A stretch of DNA of 63,290 nt, counting the filler, from Thraustochytrium aureum (lineage: Eukaryota), in the NCBI GenBank assembly GCA_012862495.1. It is 5 parts of 3 records of this genome, joined end to end, with 100 filler letters (N's around TTAATTAATTAA, not from the genome) between each part and the next. Parts side by side here need not be neighbours in the genome. Positions count along the whole stretch, not along the records: positions 45,102 to 61,844 come from BLSG01000158.1; 4 more parts are not named here. One strand, 5' to 3'. The notes beneath the pieces are model-generated. The model saw nothing but the letters and a program-made list of their open reading frames with translations. It was not told the DNA's origin and did not search any database. The stretch's first letter is position 1, and each line of letters begins with the position of its first letter. Shown one piece after another: positions 45,118 through 54,932 of the stretch. Made by a program: the position numbers and the translations under genes.

Positions 45118-46041
45118 CTACTGGTAGGTGCGGAACGCCTTCTTGGCGCTCTCGTCGCCCGCCGTCGGGTCGGCGCGCTTGAGGACTTTGAGGAGCAAGT
45201 CTACTCGGTGCCGCATACGGCTGTGCAGGTGCGCCTTGGAGGCCTTGATGTGGTAGTGGATGTAGGCCCGGAACCCGGAGAGGAGCGTGCAGAGCTTGTC
45301 AAGCTTTGCGCCCTCAACGTGCGATTGGAAGATTTGGAACTGGACGTAGCCGACGAGATCCTCCTTGCCCGCGCGGAACTCGCGCACTTTGCCGAGGTCG
45401 CTGGGGCAATCCGTTGTGAAAGCCACAGAGGGCGCGTTGGGGATCTTGCGGTTCGTCTCGCTAAACTCTTGCAGAAAAACCTTTGCGATGGCGCGGTCGG
45501 TTTCGTCGGAAAAGTAGACCGTAAAGAACACCAGCACGCGGTCCGAGCTGGGGACCAGGATCATGCTCTCCGCCGGGCGAAAGGGAATCACCATCGGCTT
45601 GAGGGAGCTCGAGCTGCCTTTGGCAAGGGCCTCGAAGCAGCGCTTGAACGGGGCAGCCGTTAAGTTGCGCTTGATCTCGGCAAAGTTTTTCGCCACGGTC
45701 TCGGCGCTTTCGCGCTGCTTGTCGACGTCAATCTTGAACTCGGTGTCGTACCCTTTCTCCGACCCGGACGACTTGTAGGCACCATACATGCTGTCCAGGA
45801 GCGCGGAAGCGCCGAGGCCGTTGAGGTCGCGCAGGTAGGGCATAGAAAGCTGAAACTTGATCACATTCTTGGCGTCGCCGGTGACGACCATGCGGTACCG
45901 CACGTCGTCAAAGTCGGAGCAGGTGATGTCACAGGGCTCTTGCTTGGCGCCAGGGGCCAGCTTCTCCAACAGCGTGCTCTTGATGATGGGGTGCTCCGTT
46001 TCCAGGAAGATCATCCCCTTGGCACCTTGCGCGACACTCAT
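45118..46041 (-). CDS. ARPC2: Arp2/3 complex subunit 2 (p34)
   Basis: MIFLE, SDFDDVRY, KRNLTAAPF, DRV.VFF...FSDETDRAIAKVFLQEF, YIHYHIKASKAHLHSRMR. Confidence 0.93.
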   Translation of the reverse strand: MSVAQGAKGMIFLETEHPIIKSTLLEKLAPGAKQEPCDITCSDFDDVRYRMVVTGDAKNVIKFQLSMPYLRDLNGLGASALLDSMYGAYKSSGSEKGYDTEFKIDVDKQRESAETVAKNFAEIKRNLTAAPFKRCFEALAKGSSSSLKPMVIPFRPAESMILVPSSDRVLVFFTVYFSDETDRAIAKVFLQEFSETNRKIPNAPSVAFTTDCPSDLGKVREFRAGKEDLVGYVQFQIFQSHVEGAKLDKLCTLLSGFRAYIHYHIKASKAHLHSRMRHRVDLLLKVLKRADPTAGDESAKKAFRTYQ

Positions 46042-46826
46042 CGTTGATGGTTGGCGCCTCGGGGGCGTCAGCGGCAGGCAGGGGGGCCAAGCACGGAGGC
46101 AACGACCTCGGCGAACGAGTGCGCTGGGCGACGGCAACGACCGCCTGCGCGTGCGCCTGTTGGTGCTCGAGCTTCCGCGAGCGCGCTATCTAGCCGGGTA
46201 TGCACAGCAACCTGCCGGCTGGAGGCCTCGCGCCGCCGCTGCTGCTCCTGCTGCTCCTGCTGCTGCGAGGGGCTGACGAGACTGCTGCGAGGGGGAGGCA
46301 GGAAGGAAGGCAGGCAGATCCTGCTGCTGCCTCTCCTGGGTGTGCTACGAGGGGCAGAGGGACCAGGATCACTCTGTCGTGATTGTTCCGTGAGGATGTC
46401 AGAAATCCGGACGTTGGGCGTAGTGGGTGAGAGCGAACCGCCTGAAACTGATTGGTTCTTCCTTCTCTGGCCGGCGGATGGCGCGGATTTCCTGCCTTCT
46501 TTCACTCCTTCCTCCTCATTTCGTCCTTTCCTTCGCTCAGCGGAGCCTCTTTCCTTCCTGCGTTTCCTTCGCCCCCTCCTCCCTCTTCTGAAGGTTCACT
46601 CTGAAGGTTCACTCTGAAGGTTCTGAAGGTTCTGAATTCTTGAGGGCGTTTGCTGAGTCCGCCGGATAAAATAATTTGCCCCATGCGTTCATTCTGTTCG
46701 GGCCCACCGCTTGCGGCGCTGGTGGACCTCTTCAAGCCCACGCTGCGGGCCATCGCCGCGGACGACGCGCTGCGCGCAGAGCGCACACGCGCAGAGTGCA
46801 TACGTACCGAGATATCGCCTGCCCGC

Positions 46827-47405
46827 ATGCAGCCAGCGCGCGAGCCAGCGCGCGACGCGGCCGTTTTCGTAGACTCGGCCCTTGAAAGCCTCCAGGGCAG
46901 GCCCGGCGTTGCACGCGAACAACTCGCAGAGCGGCTCGCTGGAGGCGTCGCTCGCGACAACGCCGTCGCCTCAGGACAAGCTGTTCTTCGTCACGTTGTG
47001 GCCGGACGCGCGGGGGGCCGCGCGCAGGACGTCGCAAGAACGCTCGACTTGTGCCCCGTAACTCGCAGCCACGTCAGCGCGGCCTTCGAACCGAAAGCCG
47101 AAACCTTAGCTCGCTGGATCGAGACCGGCGCCTCACGGTGCGGCATCGCGGGGACACGACTCGTGACCTTTGATTGGTCGGTTCGGCTCCAAGTCGAAAG
47201 CGCCACGATGTTTGACAGCCCTCGAGAGGGCCATCAGAACAGCCTTTTGGTACTGGACCTGCGGCTCGACTGTTCAGACGGGCAAGAGAGGTCAGCAACC
47301 CTCGAGCTTGACATCGCGGAACTGGATGAAATCCTGGCAAGTCTTCACCGGGCCCTGGGAGCTTTGAGCCGTGCTGTCACCACAATCGGAGGCGCCGATG
47401 GATGA
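46827..47405 (+). CDS. COMM-domain protein (COMMD8-like)
   Basis: LVTFDWSVRLQVES...LLVLDLRL...TLELDIAELDEILASL; start uncertain. Confidence 0.7.
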   Translation: MQPAREPARDAAVFVDSALESLQGRPGVAREQLAERLAGGVARDNAVASGQAVLRHVVAGRAGGRAQDVARTLDLCPVTRSHVSAAFEPKAETLARWIETGASRCGIAGTRLVTFDWSVRLQVESATMFDSPREGHQNSLLVLDLRLDCSDGQERSATLELDIAELDEILASLHRALGALSRAVTTIGGADG

Positions 47406-48588
47406 ATGCAGGCAGCACTGACGGGCACCGTGACGTGCGAATCTCGCCCTGCTATGCGAGGGTGGAGAATGTAGCCGAGCCTCTCCTGTTGTTGCGACGA
47501 CCTGATGTCCGAGCTAATTGCTGCCCGGAGGTCTTCGTCGTTGATGTGTCTTCAGAGCTGCGCTGAGATGGTGCAACAATCTAGCGAGAACGTTCGGGCG
47601 GGCGGACTTGAGCTCTGCTGCTCGGCGCAGCGAACGGGACTTGCTCCGTGCTCCGCAGCGGCTGTCTGCATCGGGCTAAGAGGCTGCAATGCTGCCAGGC
47701 CCTATTCAGCGCGGCGGCGCTTGCGCATTCTCGTACTCTTCACGCGCTGGTTGGTATCCAAAGCACACGGCGCGTGCTGCTCCTGCTCATCACTTGCCTT
47801 GAGGATTGTAGGGGCGTGTCGAACCTCGAGGCGCTGACGCGCTGAGAGGCTCGAAGCTCCAACTCGTCGATGCGGCGGATGAGCCCTTCCCAGAATTTGC
47901 TCCTGACGAGGAAGAAGGTGTCCAAGTTGGGCAGAGCTCGACCGAAAGGCGAGTAGCACACGACTCTACAGCAATCCGTTTGCCGACTTGGTGTGGGTCT
48001 TCGAGGACGGCGGCCGCGGCCCGCGCTTTAGGGGGGGGGTTCTGTGCCCATTCGCAGACGGTTCTGCACCAGCAGTACAACTGTACAAGAGAACACATCG
48101 TATTGCAACGGCTCTCTGTGGTCGCGCCGAGCTCGGTTCTCGCAGGGTTTGTGTTGGCCGCGGCAAGGCGGTCCCTCGACCCACGACGGGGGTCATCTTG
48201 TCCAGGCTCATTCGGATTTGAACGGCTCCCCGGTGTTCTTCACCATCACCTCGGCCATTCAATCACTTTGATTGATACGCCATGGTGTTACCTACGAGAA
48301 AGTCTAAGAGTTCAGCTGCCTCCTTAGGCAGCTACTGACGGGACATCTCTGCTCGCGACGGAGGCCGCGTGCTGATCATTTGCTTGGGTTGTTACTCTAC
48401 GCGACGCTAAAAGACGGGAGGATTGCATTTTGATTGATTGATTGAAATGACAGGAAACAGTTTGGCCGTTGGAACTCGGCGAACGGCCGATGGATGCGCA
48501 ACGTCGGAGAGTCGCAGCGTCGGAGAGTCGGAGAGAGTACTTTGTGGTGTTTCAGGCAGAGCTCGCGCTCACGAAACAATGCCTTCCG

Positions 48589-48669
48589 CTCAAACAGGAC
48601 GGCAGGCATCTGAGCTCAAACAGGACGGCAGGCTCCTGAGCTCAAAAGAGACGGCAGGCTTGTGAGCTC
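48589..48669 (+). repeat. About 26-bp imperfect tandem repeat, three copies
   Basis: ctcaaacaggacggcaggc..ctgag units. Confidence 0.8.
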
Positions 48670-49134
48670 GTGATGTTTTGCCGTCCATTCTAGACCAAAC
48701 GACGGGTGACTCTCTCCTCTCAGGTTCGGGTTGTACTTGCCACGGACAACTAACTAGCTCGAGCGAGCGCGAGCCGATGGGGACATCGCGGCAAGTTGAT
48801 GATGGCTTTGTCCGTAACCGTTGAGTTGTTCGTTGAGAGTTTCAGGTTGCGAATGGAGAACGGTGTGCTACGACGAAAAAACGCCCCCCCGATGGGTTGC
48901 GCCTTCTTTTCGGTAGTCGAGTCGCAGAGGGCGATAAATCAAGCAAGGCGCCAAACAACGAAATCGCCACCGCGCTTTGATTGAACGAGATTGTGTGATT
49001 GAATGAGTGACCGTCGAGCAGACACCAAACGCTTGGATTGAACAAGCCACGAAAGCAAAACTACGAGAAGCCGACCGACGAAAACGCGTTGACGAAACGA
49101 AGACCGAGCAACACGAAGCGCGCGTGGGGGCGGG

Positions 49135-52100
49135 ATGAGGTTGTCTCGCGGAGACTTTGCGCTTGCGCTTGCCGCGTCATCGTGGGCTTCGTTTGCGAAC
49201 GCAGACTGTGCATGCAAGAATCGCAGCGACACTCGCATCGCTTTGGTTGGGTTTCAGGACCCTGCCTCCTCCGATGAGTTCAACCTGATCATGAAAGGGT
49301 TTCTGGAGGCCGGTAAAAGCCTCCGCGTCCAAGCAACTGTGCAGACCCCGACCGACTTTGAGCTGGTGGATGAATTTGCTGCAGACAAGCTGGCCGCCTT
49401 CAAGCACCACGTAGACCTAGCCATGGCCGCGGACCCGCACGGCTTGCTCGTGAGCGTGNNNNNNNNNNNNNNNNNNNNNNNNNNNNNNNNNNNNNNNNNN
49501 NNNNNNNNNNNNNNNNNNNNNNNNNNNNNNNNNNNNNNNNNNNNNNNNNNNNNNNNNNNNNNNNNNNNNNNNNNNNNNNNNNNNNNNNNNNNNNNNNNNN
49601 NNNNNNNNNNNNNNNNNNNNNNNNNNNNNNNNNNNNNNNNNNNNNNNNNNNNNNNNNNNCAAAGCACTGCCGAACAACGTGTCGGCACGCTGGTCGGCCC
49701 CGGGATCGCGGCGCGGACAAACGCAACCCGTGCCAAGGGACTTTTCCGTGGCGTCACTCACCTTGGCGTGGACGAGCGCGCCACTGGCGAGCAGGTAGGG
49801 AGCCAGGCTGGCCGCCTCGGCGCGACGTCGGCGCTCTGCTTCTTTGCAGAAGGCGGGCTGGGTTCCGAGGCAGAGCAGTGTCAAGGGTTTGTGGACGGGT
49901 TCCTCGCGACTTGTCCAGGAAATTGCCACGCCGCGACACGCAGCATGTCGAGCTTCAACCTGTTTACCCTCAAAGCAGATCTCAGCGCCGAACTCTCCAC
50001 AAGCGCTCACAACGCCACATCGCTGGTCGTGGCGCCGAACGGCCGCAGCGCGCGCGCAGCCCACCAAGTGCTCGTGGACCTGGGGCGAAGCCCGATTCAC
50101 GTAATCTCTATGTCCGCAGACGCCATTGCAGAGACCATGATGACTGATCGCGAGCTCGCCTTCAGTGTCGACCGGCAGCCGTACCTTTCAGGGTTTCTTG
50201 GCACCGTTCTCACCGTCTACGCGGCGACAACAGGGCAGAGGCCAGCCAACCCCGTTCTCAGCACCGGCCCCGTGTTCCTGACAACACCGCGCAGGCGGCC
50301 CGAAACGACTGTTGACCAGCTGGTTCTTGACATTGTCACCCACGGTCGCGGCGTGGACGGGTTTTGGCTTGACGCGAAGAAGGGCGGCGTGGAGGCAGCC
50401 CGGGACATTGGCTTGTCGTTCGAAGAGTGCGCAGTGGTAAACGCAAACTGCAATGGAAAGCCCGGCTCCGTAAGCTACCGCGCCCCAGGGTCCGAGTTCG
50501 ACCTGACGACGATGAGTTTGCAGATTCTCGAGAGCGCCAACCACGACCCCGACGGACTTGTTGTGACCATCCCGAACTGGGACGCGTTGAGCAACGCCAT
50601 CGAGACCGCCGTCAAAGACATGGGCGTCCCCACTGTGAGCGCCAACGCCGGCGGGAAGATCGCAATTCAAGTCGGGATGCTTTCCCACTTTGGCCAGGAA
50701 GAGGTCACAGCTGGGTTTAACGCCGCAGCGCACATGTTTCAAAAGAAGGGGGTAACCAAAGCGATCTTCGTCAACCACGAGAAGGGCAACTCGGCCTTGG
50801 ACGAGCGCGCCCAGGGGTTTGCCGACGGTCTCGATGCCGCCACTGGGAACTCTGGGACAGTGCGGGAGGTGCTGACGACGTTCGGCAGCCGAACCGCGTT
50901 CCAAACCAACGTGATTCCGGTTTTGCAAGGAGACCCCAATATCACCGGCTTGATGTTTGCGGGTACGTTCGATGTCGACATGGCCGTCGACGAGATTCAA
51001 AAGGGAGGTGTGCCACAGGCGATCGTGATTGGAACTTTTGACGTGCTTCCTGAAGTGATCACGTGGATCGAGAACGGCACATCGCTTCTGACGATCCAGC
51101 AGCAGCAGCAAATGCAGTTCTACGTCCCCACCATTTTGCTAGCCCTCCGTGCGCTCACCGGAGAGTTCTTCAAAGCCGACTGGTTCATGACCGGGCCAGC
51201 GATCGTCGACCAGTCCAACGTGGACCAAGTCCCTTGCCAACACGAGCTGGCGTGTCCCGCCGAGCTCGAGTACGTCAGCGGCGCCTGCCCAATGCCTCGA
51301 AGCCGGGGAGATGGGTGGTGTGACAAGGCCAACAACGTGCCAGAGTGCGGCTACGACGGCGGCGATTGCTGTGGCGAGACTTGTGTCAGCTCGAACGCGT
51401 TCTCCTGTGGCACAGACACCTTTTCGTCGGGGCTCAACAAGTTTTCGTGCATCGACCCAGACACCCTGGAGGGCCTCGAGTCTATCTGCGAGGCGACGCC
51501 AAGTGATCCCCGCTGCGTTGGTGCCAACTTTCGCGACCCCACTCTGCTCACCTTGGGTCTCGTGCTCGACATGACCGACTCGAGCGTCACCGATCAAGCC
51601 GAGTGTGTGGGTGACCACCGGGTTTGGAACTCTACGCTTGAGAGTTGCATTCTCCGCGGGGAACCACAGGCTGTGCTTGCAGCCGCGCTCCTTGCCGCGC
51701 AGCACTTCAACGACCGAGATGGCAGCCTTCTTCCAGTCCTTGGGACCGTAGGATCCTGCAACAAGAAGCTGACTCTCGTTGTGGAGGACGCAGGCTCTGG
51801 GATCGGACCGTCTATTGCGGCAACGATGCGCGTTCTGCAGAATGGGACTGACGTCATAATCGGGCCGTCGTCTTCTGACGCCATGGTCCGCGCTGCTCTG
51901 CTCTCAAGCGCGCTAGGCGGAATCCCCCACATTTCGCATGCAGCGACGTCGCGCCGGCTTGACGATGCCGCATCGTTCCCTTACTTTTCGCGCACGATTG
52001 TCCCAGAAACCGAGAATACGAAAGCAACCTGCCGGGTCTTCTCTGCGCTTGGGTTCCGCTTTGCTGCGGTGCTGTACCCCGAGACTGAAGACGGCGAGAG

Positions 52101-53913
52101 CCGTCGCGCGAATTTTGTGAACACCTGTGCGGCCCAGGGGGTGACAATCCGGCCCTTTCCATTTACTTGGGATGATCCTGCCAACTCCGCGGCCTTCGCA
52201 GGTCTCGAGGCCTTCAACGTGATTTCCCTGGTTGGCAGCTCCGCGCAGGCGCTTCAAGTGCTCCAGGCCGCGTTTGCCAGAGGACTCGTGAGCCCTGGCT
52301 CGTCGTGGTTCCTTGACAAATCCCTAGTCGCACGCATCAACGGGATGGCCTCGCATCCACCTGGGTTTCTTGATGCGGTTGCCGGCTCCGTCACGGTCAA
52401 GCCCCGCGGTGGCGCAGGCGCTCTGTACGACGCGTTTGTAGCAAAATGGTCCGCTTCTAGCGTCACCTCGTTCGCTGGCGCCCTCCCGCAAGGCGTATCG
52501 ATTGAAAGCGCATTCGAAACCACCGAATTCCTGCCCATGTCAGCCGCGTACGTTTTCGACTCGGTCGCGCTAGCCGCAGTCGCCTCGTGCCACATTTCAC
52601 CAAGAGACCCATTGGTTCGCAGCTCCTTCGGAGATCTGTTCCAGGATGCCCTGGCCAAGAGCATCGAGTTTGAAGGGCTTACTGGAAAAATAGCCATGGA
52701 TACAAACCACAACCGCAAGCAGTCCACGTCTGGGATCGAGATTCTCAGCGTGCACCGTCCAGGCGCCACTGGGCCGCCCCTTCAGCAGACAGTTGTTGGC
52801 GAGTTTGACATTGCAGGGGGCAAACTCGAGCTTTGGGGCAACCTGACGTTCACCGGCGGAGTCGCGGCGCAAGCGGTCACCGACGTCAAGATTCCTACGC
52901 AAGACTACGGCTACTCCTCCGCTTTGACGGCGGTTTCGTACGCGTTTCTCGCGATCAACCTGGGCATCTGCGGTTTTTTCTTGGTCTGGACAGTGAAGAA
53001 CAGGCGCGAGGCTGTCGTGCGCGCTGCACAAGTGCCGTTCCTCGTTATGGTTGGCGTTGGTTGCGCCGTGTCGTCGTTGGCCATTATCCCCATTGCAACC
53101 ACCGATCAGAGTGAGCCAGCTGGGCCGAACGGGGGCCACAGTGCTGCTGATGCGTCTTGTATGGCCCAGGTTTGGCTCTATACGCTCGGCTTTGTGCTAA
53201 CTTTTGGCCCTCTGTTCGCCAAGCTGTACCGCGTTCGCAAGATCTTCCTCGAGAACCAATTTGCTGTGGGGTCGTCCAAGAAAAACAAGGCCGGAGGATC
53301 GGTTCGGAGTCGGATTAGCAACACGCAGCTCATCAAGATGATCGCCAAGTTTGCGTCAATGGACTTGGTAATCGTTGCATCGTGGACGGTCATGCACCCG
53401 ATGAAATACGTTCGTCAAGTCCAGCAAGCAGACGAGTTTGGCAACCCGCTCAAGTCGGCAGGGTCCTGCGTTGGCGAGCACACCTCGATATACATGGCGC
53501 TGCTGGGGGCGTTGCACATTTCGATGCTTGCTTACGGCTCGTTGCTGTGCTACCAGACAACTGGCATTTCCACCGTCTTTGCGGAGTCCAAGTACCTGAG
53601 CGTGGCAATCTTCAGCAACCTCCAGCTCCTCCTCGTGGCCATCCCGATCCTAGTGGTGACCTCCGACAATGCTCAAGTGTCCACGTTTGTTCGAAGCGGT
53701 GTGGTGTTTCTTGATGCGGCCAGTACAGTCATCCTCGTGTTTGGGCCAAAGGTGTACTTTCACTGCTACGGAGTAAACGACTCTGGCATTGGAGCGGGTA
53801 TGGTGAAAAATTCCAAGTCCAAGAGCAACTCGGCCACGTCTGGGGTGAAGACGACGGTAATGCCAAGCTCAGCTGTGGACGTGAGCATCGCAACGAACTC
53901 AAATTCTAATTAG
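49135..53913 (+). CDS. Class C (GABA-B-like) GPCR with two type-I periplasmic sugar-binding-like domains, an LNR repeat and an ANF/Venus-flytrap domain
   Basis: Signal peptide; SBP motifs VDRQPYLSG..TGPVF and VTHG..DGFW..KKG..PDGLVVTIP..GQEE..NHEKGN.ALDERA..TGPAIV; LNR GDGWCD..NNVPECGYDGGDCC; ANF IIGPSSS, ISHAATS, FPYFSRT, FEGLTG; 7TM VVRAAQVPFL, LFAKLYRV, FAESKYL, FGPK. Confidence 0.85.
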   Translation: MRLSRGDFALALAASSWASFANADCACKNRSDTRIALVGFQDPASSDEFNLIMKGFLEAGKSLRVQATVQTPTDFELVDEFAADKLAAFKHHVDLAMAADPHGLLVSVXXXXXXXXXXXXXXXXXXXXXXXXXXXXXXXXXXXXXXXXXXXXXXXXXXXXXXXXXXXXXXXXXXXQSTAEQRVGTLVGPGIAARTNATRAKGLFRGVTHLGVDERATGEQVGSQAGRLGATSALCFFAEGGLGSEAEQCQGFVDGFLATCPGNCHAATRSMSSFNLFTLKADLSAELSTSAHNATSLVVAPNGRSARAAHQVLVDLGRSPIHVISMSADAIAETMMTDRELAFSVDRQPYLSGFLGTVLTVYAATTGQRPANPVLSTGPVFLTTPRRRPETTVDQLVLDIVTHGRGVDGFWLDAKKGGVEAARDIGLSFEECAVVNANCNGKPGSVSYRAPGSEFDLTTMSLQILESANHDPDGLVVTIPNWDALSNAIETAVKDMGVPTVSANAGGKIAIQVGMLSHFGQEEVTAGFNAAAHMFQKKGVTKAIFVNHEKGNSALDERAQGFADGLDAATGNSGTVREVLTTFGSRTAFQTNVIPVLQGDPNITGLMFAGTFDVDMAVDEIQKGGVPQAIVIGTFDVLPEVITWIENGTSLLTIQQQQQMQFYVPTILLALRALTGEFFKADWFMTGPAIVDQSNVDQVPCQHELACPAELEYVSGACPMPRSRGDGWCDKANNVPECGYDGGDCCGETCVSSNAFSCGTDTFSSGLNKFSCIDPDTLEGLESICEATPSDPRCVGANFRDPTLLTLGLVLDMTDSSVTDQAECVGDHRVWNSTLESCILRGEPQAVLAAALLAAQHFNDRDGSLLPVLGTVGSCNKKLTLVVEDAGSGIGPSIAATMRVLQNGTDVIIGPSSSDAMVRAALLSSALGGIPHISHAATSRRLDDAASFPYFSRTIVPETENTKATCRVFSALGFRFAAVLYPETEDGESRRANFVNTCAAQGVTIRPFPFTWDDPANSAAFAGLEAFNVISLVGSSAQALQVLQAAFARGLVSPGSSWFLDKSLVARINGMASHPPGFLDAVAGSVTVKPRGGAGALYDAFVAKWSASSVTSFAGALPQGVSIESAFETTEFLPMSAAYVFDSVALAAVASCHISPRDPLVRSSFGDLFQDALAKSIEFEGLTGKIAMDTNHNRKQSTSGIEILSVHRPGATGPPLQQTVVGEFDIAGGKLELWGNLTFTGGVAAQAVTDVKIPTQDYGYSSALTAVSYAFLAINLGICGFFLVWTVKNRREAVVRAAQVPFLVMVGVGCAVSSLAIIPIATTDQSEPAGPNGGHSAADASCMAQVWLYTLGFVLTFGPLFAKLYRVRKIFLENQFAVGSSKKNKAGGSVRSRISNTQLIKMIAKFASMDLVIVASWTVMHPMKYVRQVQQADEFGNPLKSAGSCVGEHTSIYMALLGALHISMLAYGSLLCYQTTGISTVFAESKYLSVAIFSNLQLLLVAIPILVVTSDNAQVSTFVRSGVVFLDAASTVILVFGPKVYFHCYGVNDSGIGAGMVKNSKSKSNSATSGVKTTVMPSSAVDVSIATNSNSN

Positions 53914-54018
53914 AAAGCAAAAAAATGAAAAAAGGTGAGGAAGACATTATTGGTTGGGCTGCAGTACAAAGCAGAGTGGCTCCACTAGTAGAGAGGCCTT
54001 GGGGCCTCGGGGCTTTTG

Positions 54019-54129
54019 AAAGTCTCAAATAAACGAAACCACAACCAAGTCGACCCAGTACGCCACAGAAGCTGCGTGCTGAACAGACCGGAAAAAGTCC
54101 CAAAATAAACGAAACCACAACCAAGTCGA
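54019..54129 (+). repeat. About 35-bp direct repeat pair
   Basis: aaataaacgaaaccacaaccaagtcga near 54027 and 54103. Confidence 0.75.
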
Positions 54130-54932
54130 GATGACGAAACGTCGTGACGATCATCTGCAGATTGATGACGAAGTGGGAGCAAACAAACACTTGGCGAAAC
54201 AGACCCCTGAAAGCGAACTTCGGCAGCAAGACCTCCTTCCTTGCCCGTGTTGGATTTGATTTGTCCAGCAGATTCGCGTTGGATTTGTCCAGTCCAGATC
54301 CGTCGTATGTCCTGGACACTGCTCCTCAAGAACTCTAAACCCGTCTCATCAACCGGTGGACCGACCGATTTCAGTGTTTTAACAATGTGGCGAGGAATAC
54401 TTTCCATTGCTCATGATGCTCGAGTCTCCTTGGGGATGTCAATTTGAAATCGCCGCGGCAAGCCTTCACTAGGGTGGCCTAGCGTCGATGATGCGAACTG
54501 GTGGATTTGCACATTTATTGGCACTCTGCACCAATCCTGACGACCGCCTCCTGAAAAGTTGAATTATTGGTCCCCTGCCCGGATTTCTTCGAATTATTGG
54601 TACTCTGCCCGAATTTCTCCTTCCTGTTGCTGGGGTTGGGTCGTTGGAAACATACATACTGTAATTCGGAACGAGACGTATGGGAACTGTCGTGGAGGCC
54701 CCAGCCTCAGCCTATGACCATCCGGGGCCGGCCTGTGAGGATATGTATGTGTCGAGGACAAGTGTTGCTGAGCCCAGTCCAAGCCCAATCAGTGCCAAAT
54801 CTTCCTTCCCTTGACTTTGGGTGTTCGTCCTGAACAAGGGACCTCTCGTTTTCAACCTCGCTGGTATGTGTATCTTGATATCCACGATTATGTCCAGACT
54901 AGGCCTATGTCAAGAGAGAAGTTTATTGTCAT

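Noticed and set aside
47470..48330. Gene or pseudogene between the COMMD gene and the GPCR
   Set aside because: The ORFs are short and fragmented with no recognisable homology.
53950..54930. Transposon remnant between the GPCR and the kinase
   Set aside because: Only short direct repeats are present; no transposase or RT motifs, TIRs or LTRs were recognised.
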